Below, piece by piece: positions 33,973 to 45,100 of a DNA stretch of 64,000 nucleotides. Numbering within the stretch: the first letter of the stretch is position 1; every line of letters starts with the position of its first letter. Below the pieces are notes generated by a model. That model worked only from the letters and a program-made list of their open reading frames with translations. It made no database searches and was not told where the DNA came from. The stretch comes from Azolla caroliniana (Eukaryota > Plantae > Polypodiophyta). Location of the stretch: NCBI GenBank assembly GCA_043228905.1, contig JBHGNT010000004.1, forward strand, positions 9,238,001 to 9,302,000. The letters run 5' to 3'. Made by a program: the position numbers and the translations under genes.

Positions 33973-36352
33973 CATCTATAAAAGAGGGGGATGAAAAAGA
34001 AGAATGGTTAGGCTCTTTTGGTTATGAAATTAAGAAGAAGAAAATTCGTTATCGAATTGATTGTGTAACTTGTTTCTGAAATCTAAAGTCAAGAGTTCTT
34101 AATCTCTCTCTCAATCTAAAATCAAGCGTTCTATCTTTTCTCAATCTCTCTCTCTTTCAATCTATCTTAATTCCTTTCTCGCTAAAGCTTGTGCCAACGT
34201 CGAATCCTTCCGGTCCAGAACCGCGGCGGTTCTGCCTCACGATCCGCGCGTAGTGACGGATCTTCACGACATAATTAAGTGGTGAACCTGACGTGAAAGA
34301 GACGGTAGGAAGGATCAAGCCGAGATTAATACTTGGAGATGGCGTCCTCAAGGAACCAAGCAGGAGAGCTTGAAAGGATGATGGTAATTGTCGAAGAGTT
34401 CTTAATCTCTCTCTCAATCTAAAATCAAGAGTTCTATCTTTTCTCAATCTATCTTAATTCCTTTCTCGCTAAAGCTTGTGCCAATGTTGAATCCTTCCGG
34501 TTCAGAACCCCGGCGGTTCCGCCTCACGATCCGTGCGTAGTGACGGATCTTCATGACAACAAGAATATTCAAACACAAGTGCTTCTTTGAATGCATTCCA
34601 ATCCAAACTATGCAATGCTTGTATTTAACGAATTCCATCTCCACTAATTTATAAAAGTTTGCTATCATATTGACATCATTCAGACAAGACATTTCCATTT
34701 CATCATAATATATAGTGACATACTTTGAAATATTTGTGCCATCAAACACACCAATCTTCTTTTGGACTTCTCGTAAGGCATGAAATAATTGATCTTGATT
34801 CAATTTTTCAATAAATAACCTTACCGGTTCCATTGTACTCATACTTTCCATGTTGATGCGGATCTTTACTTTAGATGTCTCTTCTACTTCCTCGTTTCAC
34901 GTCGGGTTCACCAAATTGTGTCGTGATGTGGCTCGCCCAGAAGCGTAGCATTGCATACACAAAAGATATCGTGGAAGTGAGGGGAATCACTAGGATTATG
35001 GACGGAAAGGACGAAAGAGTAGAGATAGAGTAGGGAGTCGACGCAACCACAGTGGAGCAATTGTTGAAGGAGATGGAGAATCTGAAAATCGCAATGGTGA
35101 AGAAGATAGAAGACCGTCCCACAAGTTCCAAGTACATGGACCGTCGATGCATATGGTGCGATAGCACCGAACATGATCGGAGAGATTGCGACGAGCACAA
35201 GGAGGCGTTACAACGTGATCTTATCTACTACGAGGGAAATCGGATCCATTCGATGGACTCTCGGAAGCCACTCCGACCGAACTTCCGAAAAGGCGGCATG
35301 AAGAAGGTCCTAGAGGAGGAGATCGCGGCGAAAAACAACTATGCGACAACCACGGGAATACGTGTGGGGGAGTCATCTAGAGCAAATGCGTCTTTTTGGC
35401 CGGAAGTGCTAGAAATTTCGAAGAAAGCCGACCATGATGAAATCCGAAGCACTGCGGAATGTATCCGGGAAGCTATGGGATGAGAGTGCCCCATAGATAA
35501 GAATAGCGTACATGCGCTATGTCAATTGCATGAAGTGTATGTGGATGAAAAACGAAGGCGCACGGATGATGCGGTCGGACCATCAAAGGTGTCGGAGAGC
35601 TAGAACTCTGAAGGGAAGGGGAAAGGAAAAACAATTCCGGCATTCAAACTCACCTCGGACATCGAACAACAGACGGACCTAAAGAAGGTGTTTGAAGAGA
35701 GAATCCTTGATAGCCAGGTGGAATTTTCGCTTCGGGAATTACTCAGAATAGCGAAGAAGGAGTTCCGCGACCTTCTTGTGGATCTCGTGAAGAGAAAAAG
35801 ACAAACTACGGAGGAGAACGCTCCAAGGGTAAATCTGAACACGATTTTAATGAATGACACCGAAGTGGAGGACGAAATTCTGAACTCCCACTACACAAGG
35901 CCACATTGGGCACGTGCAACTACGAAGACTCTGGTCCGAATCGACACCATCAAAGAGCCCGTGCTAGCATTGATTGATCACGGATCGCAAATCAATTTGA
36001 TATCCAAGGAGTAATACCGGAAGGGGAAGTGGCCTATAAATACTAACCATGGATGGAAGATCCAGGCAGCCACTAAAGCAATGGAAGATCTATTTGCAGC
36101 TTGTCCGAATGTGACAGTGAAGATCGGGGATGTCGAGATTGAGCAAATTTTCTTCGTACAAGATGAGGTCTCACATTCCGTGATCCTCAGGCAACCCTTT
36201 ATCACGGCTTCACGGATGGAGACAAAGATGCTTGATAGCGGTACGGCTTTTGCACGAATTCGGAGCCAAAATGGAGGGAAATCCGTCCAATTCCTAACTG
36301 TGCCGGCAAATCATGAAAGGAACAAGAGAGAGCTCTTGTCCCAAACAAGGAT

Positions 36353-36416
36353 GAATTTTTAGAGCGGACTATTGCGGAGTGGGGAAGTGATAGTCCGAGA
36401 AGCCCTGGTACCCCAC
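36353..36416 (+). promoter_or_regulatory. Putative -1 frameshift signal plus pseudoknot in C
   Basis: AAT TTT TAG ends gag-PR; the -1 frame FLERTIAEWG... runs open into ORF 36479. Stem CGGACTAT/ATAGTCCG; loop GTGGGG pairs with CCCCAC. Confidence 0.72.
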
Positions 36417-39400
36417 ACAGGAAGAAAACTCTCAGAGCAAAACAAGTACGAATCGTTCTAGATGGGATATCTACGTACATGGCCGTAACCGGAGAAAAGA
36501 AGAAAGAATACCAGAAACTAGAGGATAAGTTGAGGTCGGCATTAATAATAAAAGAAGACGAAGAAATCGTGGGGGTAGTCGAAGAAGTGTTCTATGGGAG
36601 CATGCTACAACAGCTTGAAGAGCTTGTGGAGGATAGAAGCCAAGGAGACCGGGTAGTCTCGATGGAATCAGTCGAGATGTACAAGATCATTGCGAAATTG
36701 GGGCCGGATGTGCTCCACAAAGAAGAAGCAATGGTAAGTACGAAATACAAGACCGTGGAGAAGAAAGTGAAACCAGTCGCGGGACCGTTACCCGCTGATA
36801 GCGAGCAAAAGAGGAAAGAAGTCTCGGGAGATCCGACACTTCGGAAGTCCGTGGATATCGGACATGCCTTCACGGATGAGACCCGGAAGAAACTTTGGAT
36901 CGGTGGAGGTGGTTTCCTTTTACAAAATGAAGAAGAACGATTCCGTGGGATGTTGGAACAACATGGGAAAGCATTTGCATTCACATCGATGGAGACAGGG
37001 TGCGTTGATCCGAAGATAGTGGAGCCGATGGTGATCTTAACGATTGACCATGTGTTGTGGAACCTGAAGCCGATTCCGGTGCCGCGGGTGCATATTCCAA
37101 AAGTCATCGACTTGCTCAAGGAGAAGGTGGCGATGGGGATTCTAGAGCCATCAAATGCTTCGTACTCAAATCTATGGTTTACGGTTCCGAAGAAGAATGG
37201 GTCACTCCGATTTATCCAAGACTTGCAACCCGTGAACAAAGTCACAATCCGGAACTCCAGAGTCAGTCCGATAGTGGACGAATTTGCGGAAGCATTTGCT
37301 GGTCATGCGATATACTCCATCAGAGACCTATACTCGGGTATGACCAATTCCAACTATCCGTGTAGAGCCGAGACATCACTACCATGTGGACACCGATAGG
37401 ATTAGTTTGAATGTGCACACTACCACAAGGAGCGACAAACTCGGTTGCACATATGATGAACGCAATGAACAAGGTGCTTCGAGACTGCATTCCGGAGATA
37501 ACAATGTCGTTCCTAGATGACATTCCGGTGAAAGGATGCGCGGTGGAAGAAAAAGATGAGATTATGGATGATCGGGGATGCCGACAGTTTGTAGTCGACC
37601 ATATTCGCGATTGCAAGAAAGTGTTATGAAAGTTAGAAGATGTGCACCTAACACTTTCTAGTGAGAAATCGGCATTCGGACAAGAAGAAATATTGGTAGT
37701 TAGACATCTATGTGGGCCCTACGGCCGAAGACCGTCACCAACCAAGATCGATGCGATTCAAGCTATGAAAGAAGTATGTGAGTCACAATCCGAAGTCCGA
37801 AGGGTTCTTGGAGCTTGTGCATTTTATCACATATGGATTCCACACTATGCACATATTGCGGACCCACTCTATCACTTGTTGCGGAAGGGTAAGAAGTTCA
37901 AATGGAGACCGGAACATACTAAAGCCATGAAGAAGCTTAAGAAAATACTATGGAGGGCGGAATCACTTAAGAAGCCGAGCTATGACCGACCGATCATAGT
38001 AACGGTTGACACGAGTCAAACCGGAATCGGATGGGTCATCAATCAAGCTGACTCGGATGGTTCACGATATCCGATCCGATTCAGAGCAAAGGTTCTCAAC
38101 GAAAGGCAACACGGGTATGCACAAGTCAAAAGAGAGTTATGGGGAGTCGTGCCGGCAATCAAATTGGATCGAGATTATTTGATCGGAGCCGAAGTAGTGA
38201 TCAAAACGGATTGTCTTCCGATACTTGGGATGTGTGATGTTGCACGATACCAGATGTGGCTATGCTAAGATGGATTGCATATGTTAAGTCGCTTAACCCG
38301 GACGTACGACACATCTCCGGAAAAGATAACGTGGTAGTGGATATGCTATCAAGGGCTTAGTTCTGAGACGACATATCTGAATCCGATAATGAAGAAGTTT
38401 CGGAAGACTACTTTGCTTCGAAGCACATATGCCGATTAAACGTAATCCGAGAATTCCGAGAAGAAGAGTACAAGGGAGAAAGCTTGATGATCAGGAAGGT
38501 GCTACAAGAGATTGAGGAATCACCGTATGATAAAGAGAAGAGAGCCGAGATCGGAAGGAAGAAGAGGCAAGTCCAAAAGTTCTTCTTGAAAAATGGATTA
38601 ATATGGAGGGAGCCAAAAAGACCGGATGGCATACCACTTTGGGTAGTCGGGATGAAAGAGCAACGAAACTGGATAATGTCCGAGTTTCACGAATCCGATT
38701 GGGCGGGACATCGAGGAACATGGGCAACTTTTGTGAAAATCAAACAAAAATATTGGTGGAAGAATATGTACAAAGATATAGCGGAGTTCACGGAGAGCTG
38801 CGAGAAGTGTCAAATCTACTTCGGAGTTCGACACCGAGACGAGTTACATCCAACATTGTCACCAACAATCAACTTCAAATGGATTGTCGACATTGTAGCC
38901 ATGCCAACTAGGATCGGACAAAAGAAGTACTTGGTGTTAGCTCGGGAAGATCTCATAAACCAAGTAGAAGGTCGAGCGCTATGGAGGAAAACGTGTTCTG
39001 CGGTATGCCAATTCCTTTTGGAAGAAGTGTTTTGCAAGTACGGGTGCGTAGGAAAAATGATTGCGGATCGGGGAGAACTCGACTCTGATAAAGCTAGGGA
39101 AGTTTTCACCAAACATGGAGTTCGATTAACACTAACAACGGCATACAATCTAGAGGCCAACGGAAAAATCGAACGAGGACATAGTCCAATCGTCAAAGCA
39201 CTTGCCAAAGCATGCGACGGAAGGGTGAAGGATTGGCCGCAGATGCTCCCGTATGCACTATGGGCGCATCGGACAACGCATAGCTCCGTAACCGGTTATA
39301 TGCCGACTGAACTTATGACTGGACAAGCACCAGTAATGCCGACGGAAACCGCGATCGCAACATGGACAATGCTACCATGGAAGGAAGAGATGAGCTGGGA

Positions 39401-39935
39401 AGAACTACTAGCGGTCCGGATACGACAACTAGAGGGAAGACTTGAAGACATAGCGGAAGCAACACGCCAACAACAAGAAGCGTGATTCAGGAACAAAAGC
39501 CTATTCAACACAAAACATCGACTATGACCGCGGAAGATTGAAGAAGGAGATTGGGTGATTGTCTATGACAGTAATCTGGATCATCAACATACAACGATAC
39601 GAAAGTTTGCGAAAAGGTGGTTCGGGCCATACGAGGTTTGAAAAGTTTTCGACAACGGAACTTACCGACTATGCGAGTTGGATGGGACGATACTACGAGT
39701 GCCTATAGCGGGGAAATGGGTAAAGATCTTCAAGAAGCGGACTGACAACGAACCCTATGTAACCCTAGACAAGACCGACAACGAGGAGCAACCAGACAAA
39801 GATCGTGGTGATGCGGAAAGCGAAGAAAGTGGTCTACAATTGATGGTTGATATAAGGGAGGAATTGGGTAGTGCTATGCATGAAGACGAACAACAGGCAT
39901 CGGGAACTTCGGCACCCGGGTTTGGAGGGGGCGAG

Positions 39936-40751
39936 TGTCGTAGTGTCATTCGCACACTACGTGAAAATTGCATTTTTGTCCCTCTGGATGGAATCGGTAA
40001 GGAGGAACCGGTGAGAACCGGATGAAGGATGGAATCGGTAAGGAGGAACCGGTGAGAACCGGATGAAGGATGGAATCGGCAAGGAGGAACCGGTAAGGAG
40101 ACCCGGTAAGAACGGGATCAAGCAAAACTGGCAAGAGCCGGATAAAGAAGGCCGGTGAGAGTCTCTCACCGGATGAAGACACAAATTTGTAAATAAAAGA
40201 AAAGATTGTTACATGCATAGGGCAAGATTCGAACCCTATACCTCCTTGTTAACGATTTTTAAGCCTTACCACTATACTAGCATATTATAAATTGTAAAGT
40301 TATACTAAACTTTATCCCATGTAAATATTCTAGATATGCATGGTACAAAAAGTTATTCATGCATACATACTCGAGTTAAAAGATGGCATACGTACTAAAG
40401 TTAGGAAAAGCATGATGTTTGCATGTGATAAACTTAGACTCTTCGAACACTATATAAGGAAGAGAGAAAGATGTATAGGGGTTGTTGATTTTTATAAGGT
40501 TTGAATAATATAAAATAATCGTGGGATTCACGATTTTACCATCTATTTCTCTCTTACAATCTAAGTATCAATTAATACACTATACTCGTGGGATTCACGA
40601 GTTTCATATCTTCTTCTTGCAATCTCTTCCTAACTAACATTATCTCATATTCTTCTTTCTCCTAGCCCAAAACCCCAACGGTTCCCACCCAACTCATGCA
40701 AACGATCCAGCGCCGAAAGGCACGAAAACATTGTCGTGAAGGATTACGACC
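39936..40751 (+). repeat. 3' LTR of C, with a 41-bp tandem repeat (39986 to about 40095) and an antisense tRNA-like module (40213-40285)
   Basis: TGTCGTAG...TTACGAC ends; minus strand TAGTATAGTGG...ATCGTTAAC...GGTTCGAATCT; TATA box at about 40451. Confidence 0.82.
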
Positions 40752-41001
40752 ATAAAGAGAAATGGACCCAAGTGCACGCCAACGGGTGTGTGCACCAATG
40801 CACATGAACCAAGTACTAGGTAGTAGGATGTAATGAGGTACGTAAAAGTCACACACCTAGAGAAAGAGATCAAGGAGTGGGGGGATCTCTGATACCAATC
40901 ACAATGTAACGGTCTCCCCTTGTGCTATAAAAGGGAAGACTTAAGCCTGTTTTAGGCATCCGGTTTTGGGAGGACGAAGTGTTGTCGGTTTGTGGGCTGA
41001 A
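40752..41001 (-). mobile_element. Fragment of an iMet-primed LTR element (leader, PBS, LTR end)
   Basis: Minus strand TGGTATCAGAG at 40887-40897, next to a probable LTR terminus at 40905. Confidence 0.5.
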
Positions 41002-42188
41002 CTCTCTCTTCTTCTTCTTTTTTGTAAATCAATGTTTGTTATTAAAACAAGATGATAATACAACCCTCGCTATCTTCACTACTTCATAAATAGTGATAGT
41101 GCAAGGGAAACCCTCTCAACTGCTGTAAAACTAGATGACATAAGTCTATCTCCTCTTGGGACAAGATCCCCATACAACATAGTTTTGAAAATTGCCAAAT
41201 CAATTTCCCTTTCATCCTACGGAGTTGTTGTGTTATCCCATGAAGTCCATCAAACAAGAACTCATTTCTCATGGTCCAATTAAACCATATCCCCCAATAT
41301 CTAAGGTAATCAAAAACCACCTTATGTGATGGTGTGGGCATAACTTTATCCTCATCCATATAAACCCATTTATAAAGTGACAAAATATTTTCTATTATCG
41401 ATGCCCAAATTTGTGACATAATCACCCAAATGGCCTATGTCTGGCATCTTCTTCAACCACCGTACAAGGAAAAACATGTCCCATTCGAAATATGTCTTCG
41501 TTTTAAGGTCATCGCCAAAGGCAACCCACCAACTATGGCACGCCAAAGAAACACCATTGCACGGAATGGAAGATGAGGTTGCCACCCTACATCTAAAACT
41601 CTACGCCACCACTTTACATTTCTAGTAATGCTCCATGTATCCAACACCTTATTTGCTAACCAAGCTCTATCTTCAACCAACTTATGGTGTGAGGGAAATA
41701 GCGCGGAATATTGCTCAGCCACAACCGAGTCTTGAATCACTTGTCGATGAGAATCAAACACAGAAATGGGAAGTAGGGAGATTGGTACGCATACGCACAT
41801 GCACACAAAAAACGATAGAGGATACACAGGATGTTTATGTGGGAAAACCCTAACAGGGAAAAAACCACGGGAGCCCACAGACTCCAAAATATCACTAAAT
41901 GAGAAAGGTACATTCAGAGACTCGGAGGCAACGACCTTGAGCTCTATTTCTTCGTCGAGCGGCGGTTATGACAGAGTATCACTCCGTATCTCTCTCTCTA
42001 TATATACAACAGTTATGCACATACAAGAATATGACAATAACCTTACAAAGTGATTGCCCTAAGTCATATTTATACTTATATAAACTTAGGGATATTCACA
42101 AATATAGCCTCAATAGGCTTACTCAAAACATATTTACAAATATGTCTTCTCTTTCAGTTCTCACCGGGTCCATCTGATCCATAACTGG

Positions 42189-45100
42189 GATGGAAGTCTG
42201 GTTCACGCATCTCAGGTGCTTCATCAAGGAAGAAGGCCAAGTTATTGCACGAGGGTGTAGAGATGGGAAGATGTTCATCCTCGACACCAATGACGTAGGC
42301 ACTGCCATGTTCGCAAAAGTGCGAAAAGTCGAGTTGGATATCGACTTGTGGCATAAACGGATAGGCCACGTCAACTATCAAAGGCTTCAGGACCTACAAT
42401 CAAAACAAGTTCTGTTTGGATTGCCGAAATTCAGTGGTCGAAAGGCCCAAATTTGTGAAGCCTGCCAGTTAGGGAAGCAACACCGAATTCCTTTCCCCAA
42501 CGAGCGTAATCGGAGCCGAAATAAGCTCGACTTGATACACTCAGATGTATGGGGACCCGCACAGAACGTGAGTCTTGGCAGGAGGCGATATTTCTTCTGC
42601 TTCATCGACGACTACACCCGGCACACATGGATCTACCTCATCAAAAAGAAGAGTGAAGTCTTCTACTGTTTCCGGAACCTCAAAAATCTTGTCGAAAAGG
42701 AAATAGGGAGGAAGATCAAGTGCTTGCGGTGTGATGGAGGAAAAGAGTACTTTTTTGGCCAATTCAACAGTTATCTACAACAAATGGGAATTCGGCGTGA
42801 ATTCAGTTGCAGGTATATGCCGGAGCAAAACGGCGTAGCTGAAAGGAAGAATCGGTCGGTTGTGGAAGCGGCGCGGGCAATCCTGGAAGAAAAGAGCATG
42901 CCCAAGTTCTATTGGGCCGAAGCAGTCCGAACTGTGGTCTACATCCAAAATCGGATTGGCAAAAAAGTGTCAACACATGAGCTGTATTTCGGAAGGAAGC
43001 CGAATCTACGTCATTTGAGGGTTTTCGGTAGCATCGCGTATGTGCATGTGCCAAAGGAGAAGTGGAGGAAACTAGACGCGAAAGCCAAGTAGTGTATCTT
43101 GGTCGGCTATTCGGATGAAAAAAAGGGTTAGAAGTGTTATAACCCCCGAACCAAACAAGCTCACGTAAGTCGCGATGTCGTATTCGATGAGTCTGCGTCT
43201 AGGTACTTGTCTCCAACTCTAGACCTCAACTACAATCCGAGTTCTGAAGATGAGGTCAGCAAGGCGAAGATGCCTCCTGATGAACGCGAAGTCAGAACTC
43301 TTGAAGAGAGTCCGATCTCCTTTTGGCTAAATGGATCGAATAAGTGACTAAGTCGGCGAGTAGTGGAGACTCGGCCGTGCATTTCCTGCACAGGAAGCCG
43401 TAGAGACGACTTACACACAAAGAAAAGGGAAAGAAGAAGATGTCGGAGTACGACACGGATAGGGACGAGTCGGATCGACGTGAATCCGACTCCGAGAAGA
43501 GCGATGACGTGCCTTCAAGATTGACGCCCGCGTCGACCAATATGGCCTCAACATCGTCTAATGAACAATTACGCTGATCTATCTAATAGAAGAACCCTGG
43601 TGTGCGGTTCGGATACAACGAGTACATGGTGCATCACTATGCGTACATGACACGTGTAGCGGATGTGCCTGAGCCGGAGAGCTACGCAAAAGCGGCAAAG
43701 AACGCTAATTGGCGTGCCGCCATGGAGGAAGAGATGAATGCAATTGCCGAGAATGAAACTTGGAACCTGGTGGACACCCCCAAGGGTGTAAATTCGATGG
43801 GATGCAGGTGGGTGTACAAGATCATGTACAACACCGACAGTTTGGTCAACCGATACAAGGCCCGGTTAGTAGCAAAAGGCTATGCGCAACAACATGGCAT
43901 CGATTACGATGAGACGTTGGTGTTGTTCGTGCAGATGACGATTGTCCGTGTTTTGCTAGCAGTAGTTGCGGCGAAGGGGTGGCACATACATCTAATGGAT
44001 GTAAAATGAGTTCCTGCAAGGCGAGCTTGAGGAACAAGTGTACGTGGTACAGCCCCCTAGATTTCACTCTGGAACAAACACTTCGGCGGTATGCCGGTTG
44101 AAGAAGTCCCTTTACGGACTAAAGCAAGCCCTGCATGCCTGGAATGTAAACATCACGCAACAATTGCGTCGGATGGGATTTGCGATGTCCAAATCGGACT
44201 CTTCATTGTTTGTCTGGTAAAGTTGACTTGGGCCGGTTAGTATTTTACTTTATGTTGATGACTTGGTCATCGCCGGCGTTGACCTAGGTGAAATTGATCG
44301 CGTAAAGCTCCAGCTTGTGGCATCATTTGATATGAAGGACCGGGGGGACCTTCATTACTTTCTCGGGATCAAAGTGATCCGAACCCCCGAAGACATATTG
44401 ATCAGCCAACGGCATTACGTGCTGAGTATGCTCTTCAAGTTCGGGATGGTGGCATGTAAGTCTGTCTCAACTCCTCTGGACAGAACCGTGAAGCTTCGCC
44501 CTGACTCCGTAAAGGTCTGCAACCCGAAAAGGTTCCGACAGATTGTCGGAAGCCTCATATACTTGACTAGCACCTGGCCGGACCTCAGTTACCCAGTCGG
44601 CTTGATTAGTCGGTTCATGGCACGGCCAACCAAGGAGCACCTCAAGTATGCGCAACGCGTACTCAGGTACTTCAGTGGCACTAAGGACCGGGGGCTACTA
44701 TATCGGACCGCTACTACCGTTCAACTAGTCGGCTATATAGATGTCGACTGGGCCGGAAACGTCGGTGATCGCCGATCCACATACGGATTCACGTTCTCCC
44801 TTGGGAGTGCCGCGATCGCGTGGAGTAGCAAGAAGCAGCTGACAGTTGCATTGTCGAGCATAGAGGCTGAGTATCGAGGAGCAGTTGTCACAACATGCGA
44901 AGCCATATGGCTGAAGCGGCTACTTAAGGATCTATAGGTGGACGTGTCTGATCCGACGACGATCTACTGCGACAACCGCAACAACATCCAACTTGCGAAG
45001 AACCCCGTCTTCCACGCCCAGACTATGCATGTTGAGGTGCACTACCACTTTTTCCGTGAGCGGTTCTCTCTGGTGAAGTTGAACTTCAATATGTTTCGAT

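Larger units (their letters stand above)
32755..34558 (+). mobile_element. Mini deletion derivative F of the A family: 5' LTR, Trp PBS, start of gag, 3' part of the 3' LTR
   Basis: LTR 32755-34271; PBS 34280-34297; MASSRNQAGELERMMVIVE; LTR remnant about 34394-34558. Splits the gag of B. Confidence 0.9.
10349..35032 (-). mobile_element. Old Ty3/Gypsy element B (Trp-primed) hosting Copia D, Copia E (with P) and mini-element F; 5' LTR truncated
   Basis: 3' LTR 10349-11454 with PPT at 11455. Integrase, RNase H and RT pieces at 11455-12215, 16442-17937 and 29759-30800; gag-PR at 30900-32754 and 34559-34890. Trp PBS 34896-34913. 5' LTR remnant 34919-35032 matches 10349 onward. Confidence 0.88.
35033..40751 (+). 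mobile_element. Ty3/Gypsy element C (same group as A and B), 5'-truncated within gag
   Basis: CIWCDSTEHDRRDC, ALIDHGSQIN, RT (DLYSG, FLDDIPVKG), RNase H, integrase (H...H, CEKC, IADRGE); PPT GGAGGGGGCGAG; 3' LTR 39936-40751. Confidence 0.92.

Noticed and set aside
34444-34851. 135-aa ORF as a distinct gene
   Set aside because: The start of B gag, frameshifted and running into the antisense LTR of F.
39986-40095. 41-bp repeats, and the 54-bp repeats at 58766-58962, as CRISPR arrays
   Set aside because: Head-to-tail repeats with no unique spacers, located inside LTRs, with no cas genes and a eukaryotic context.
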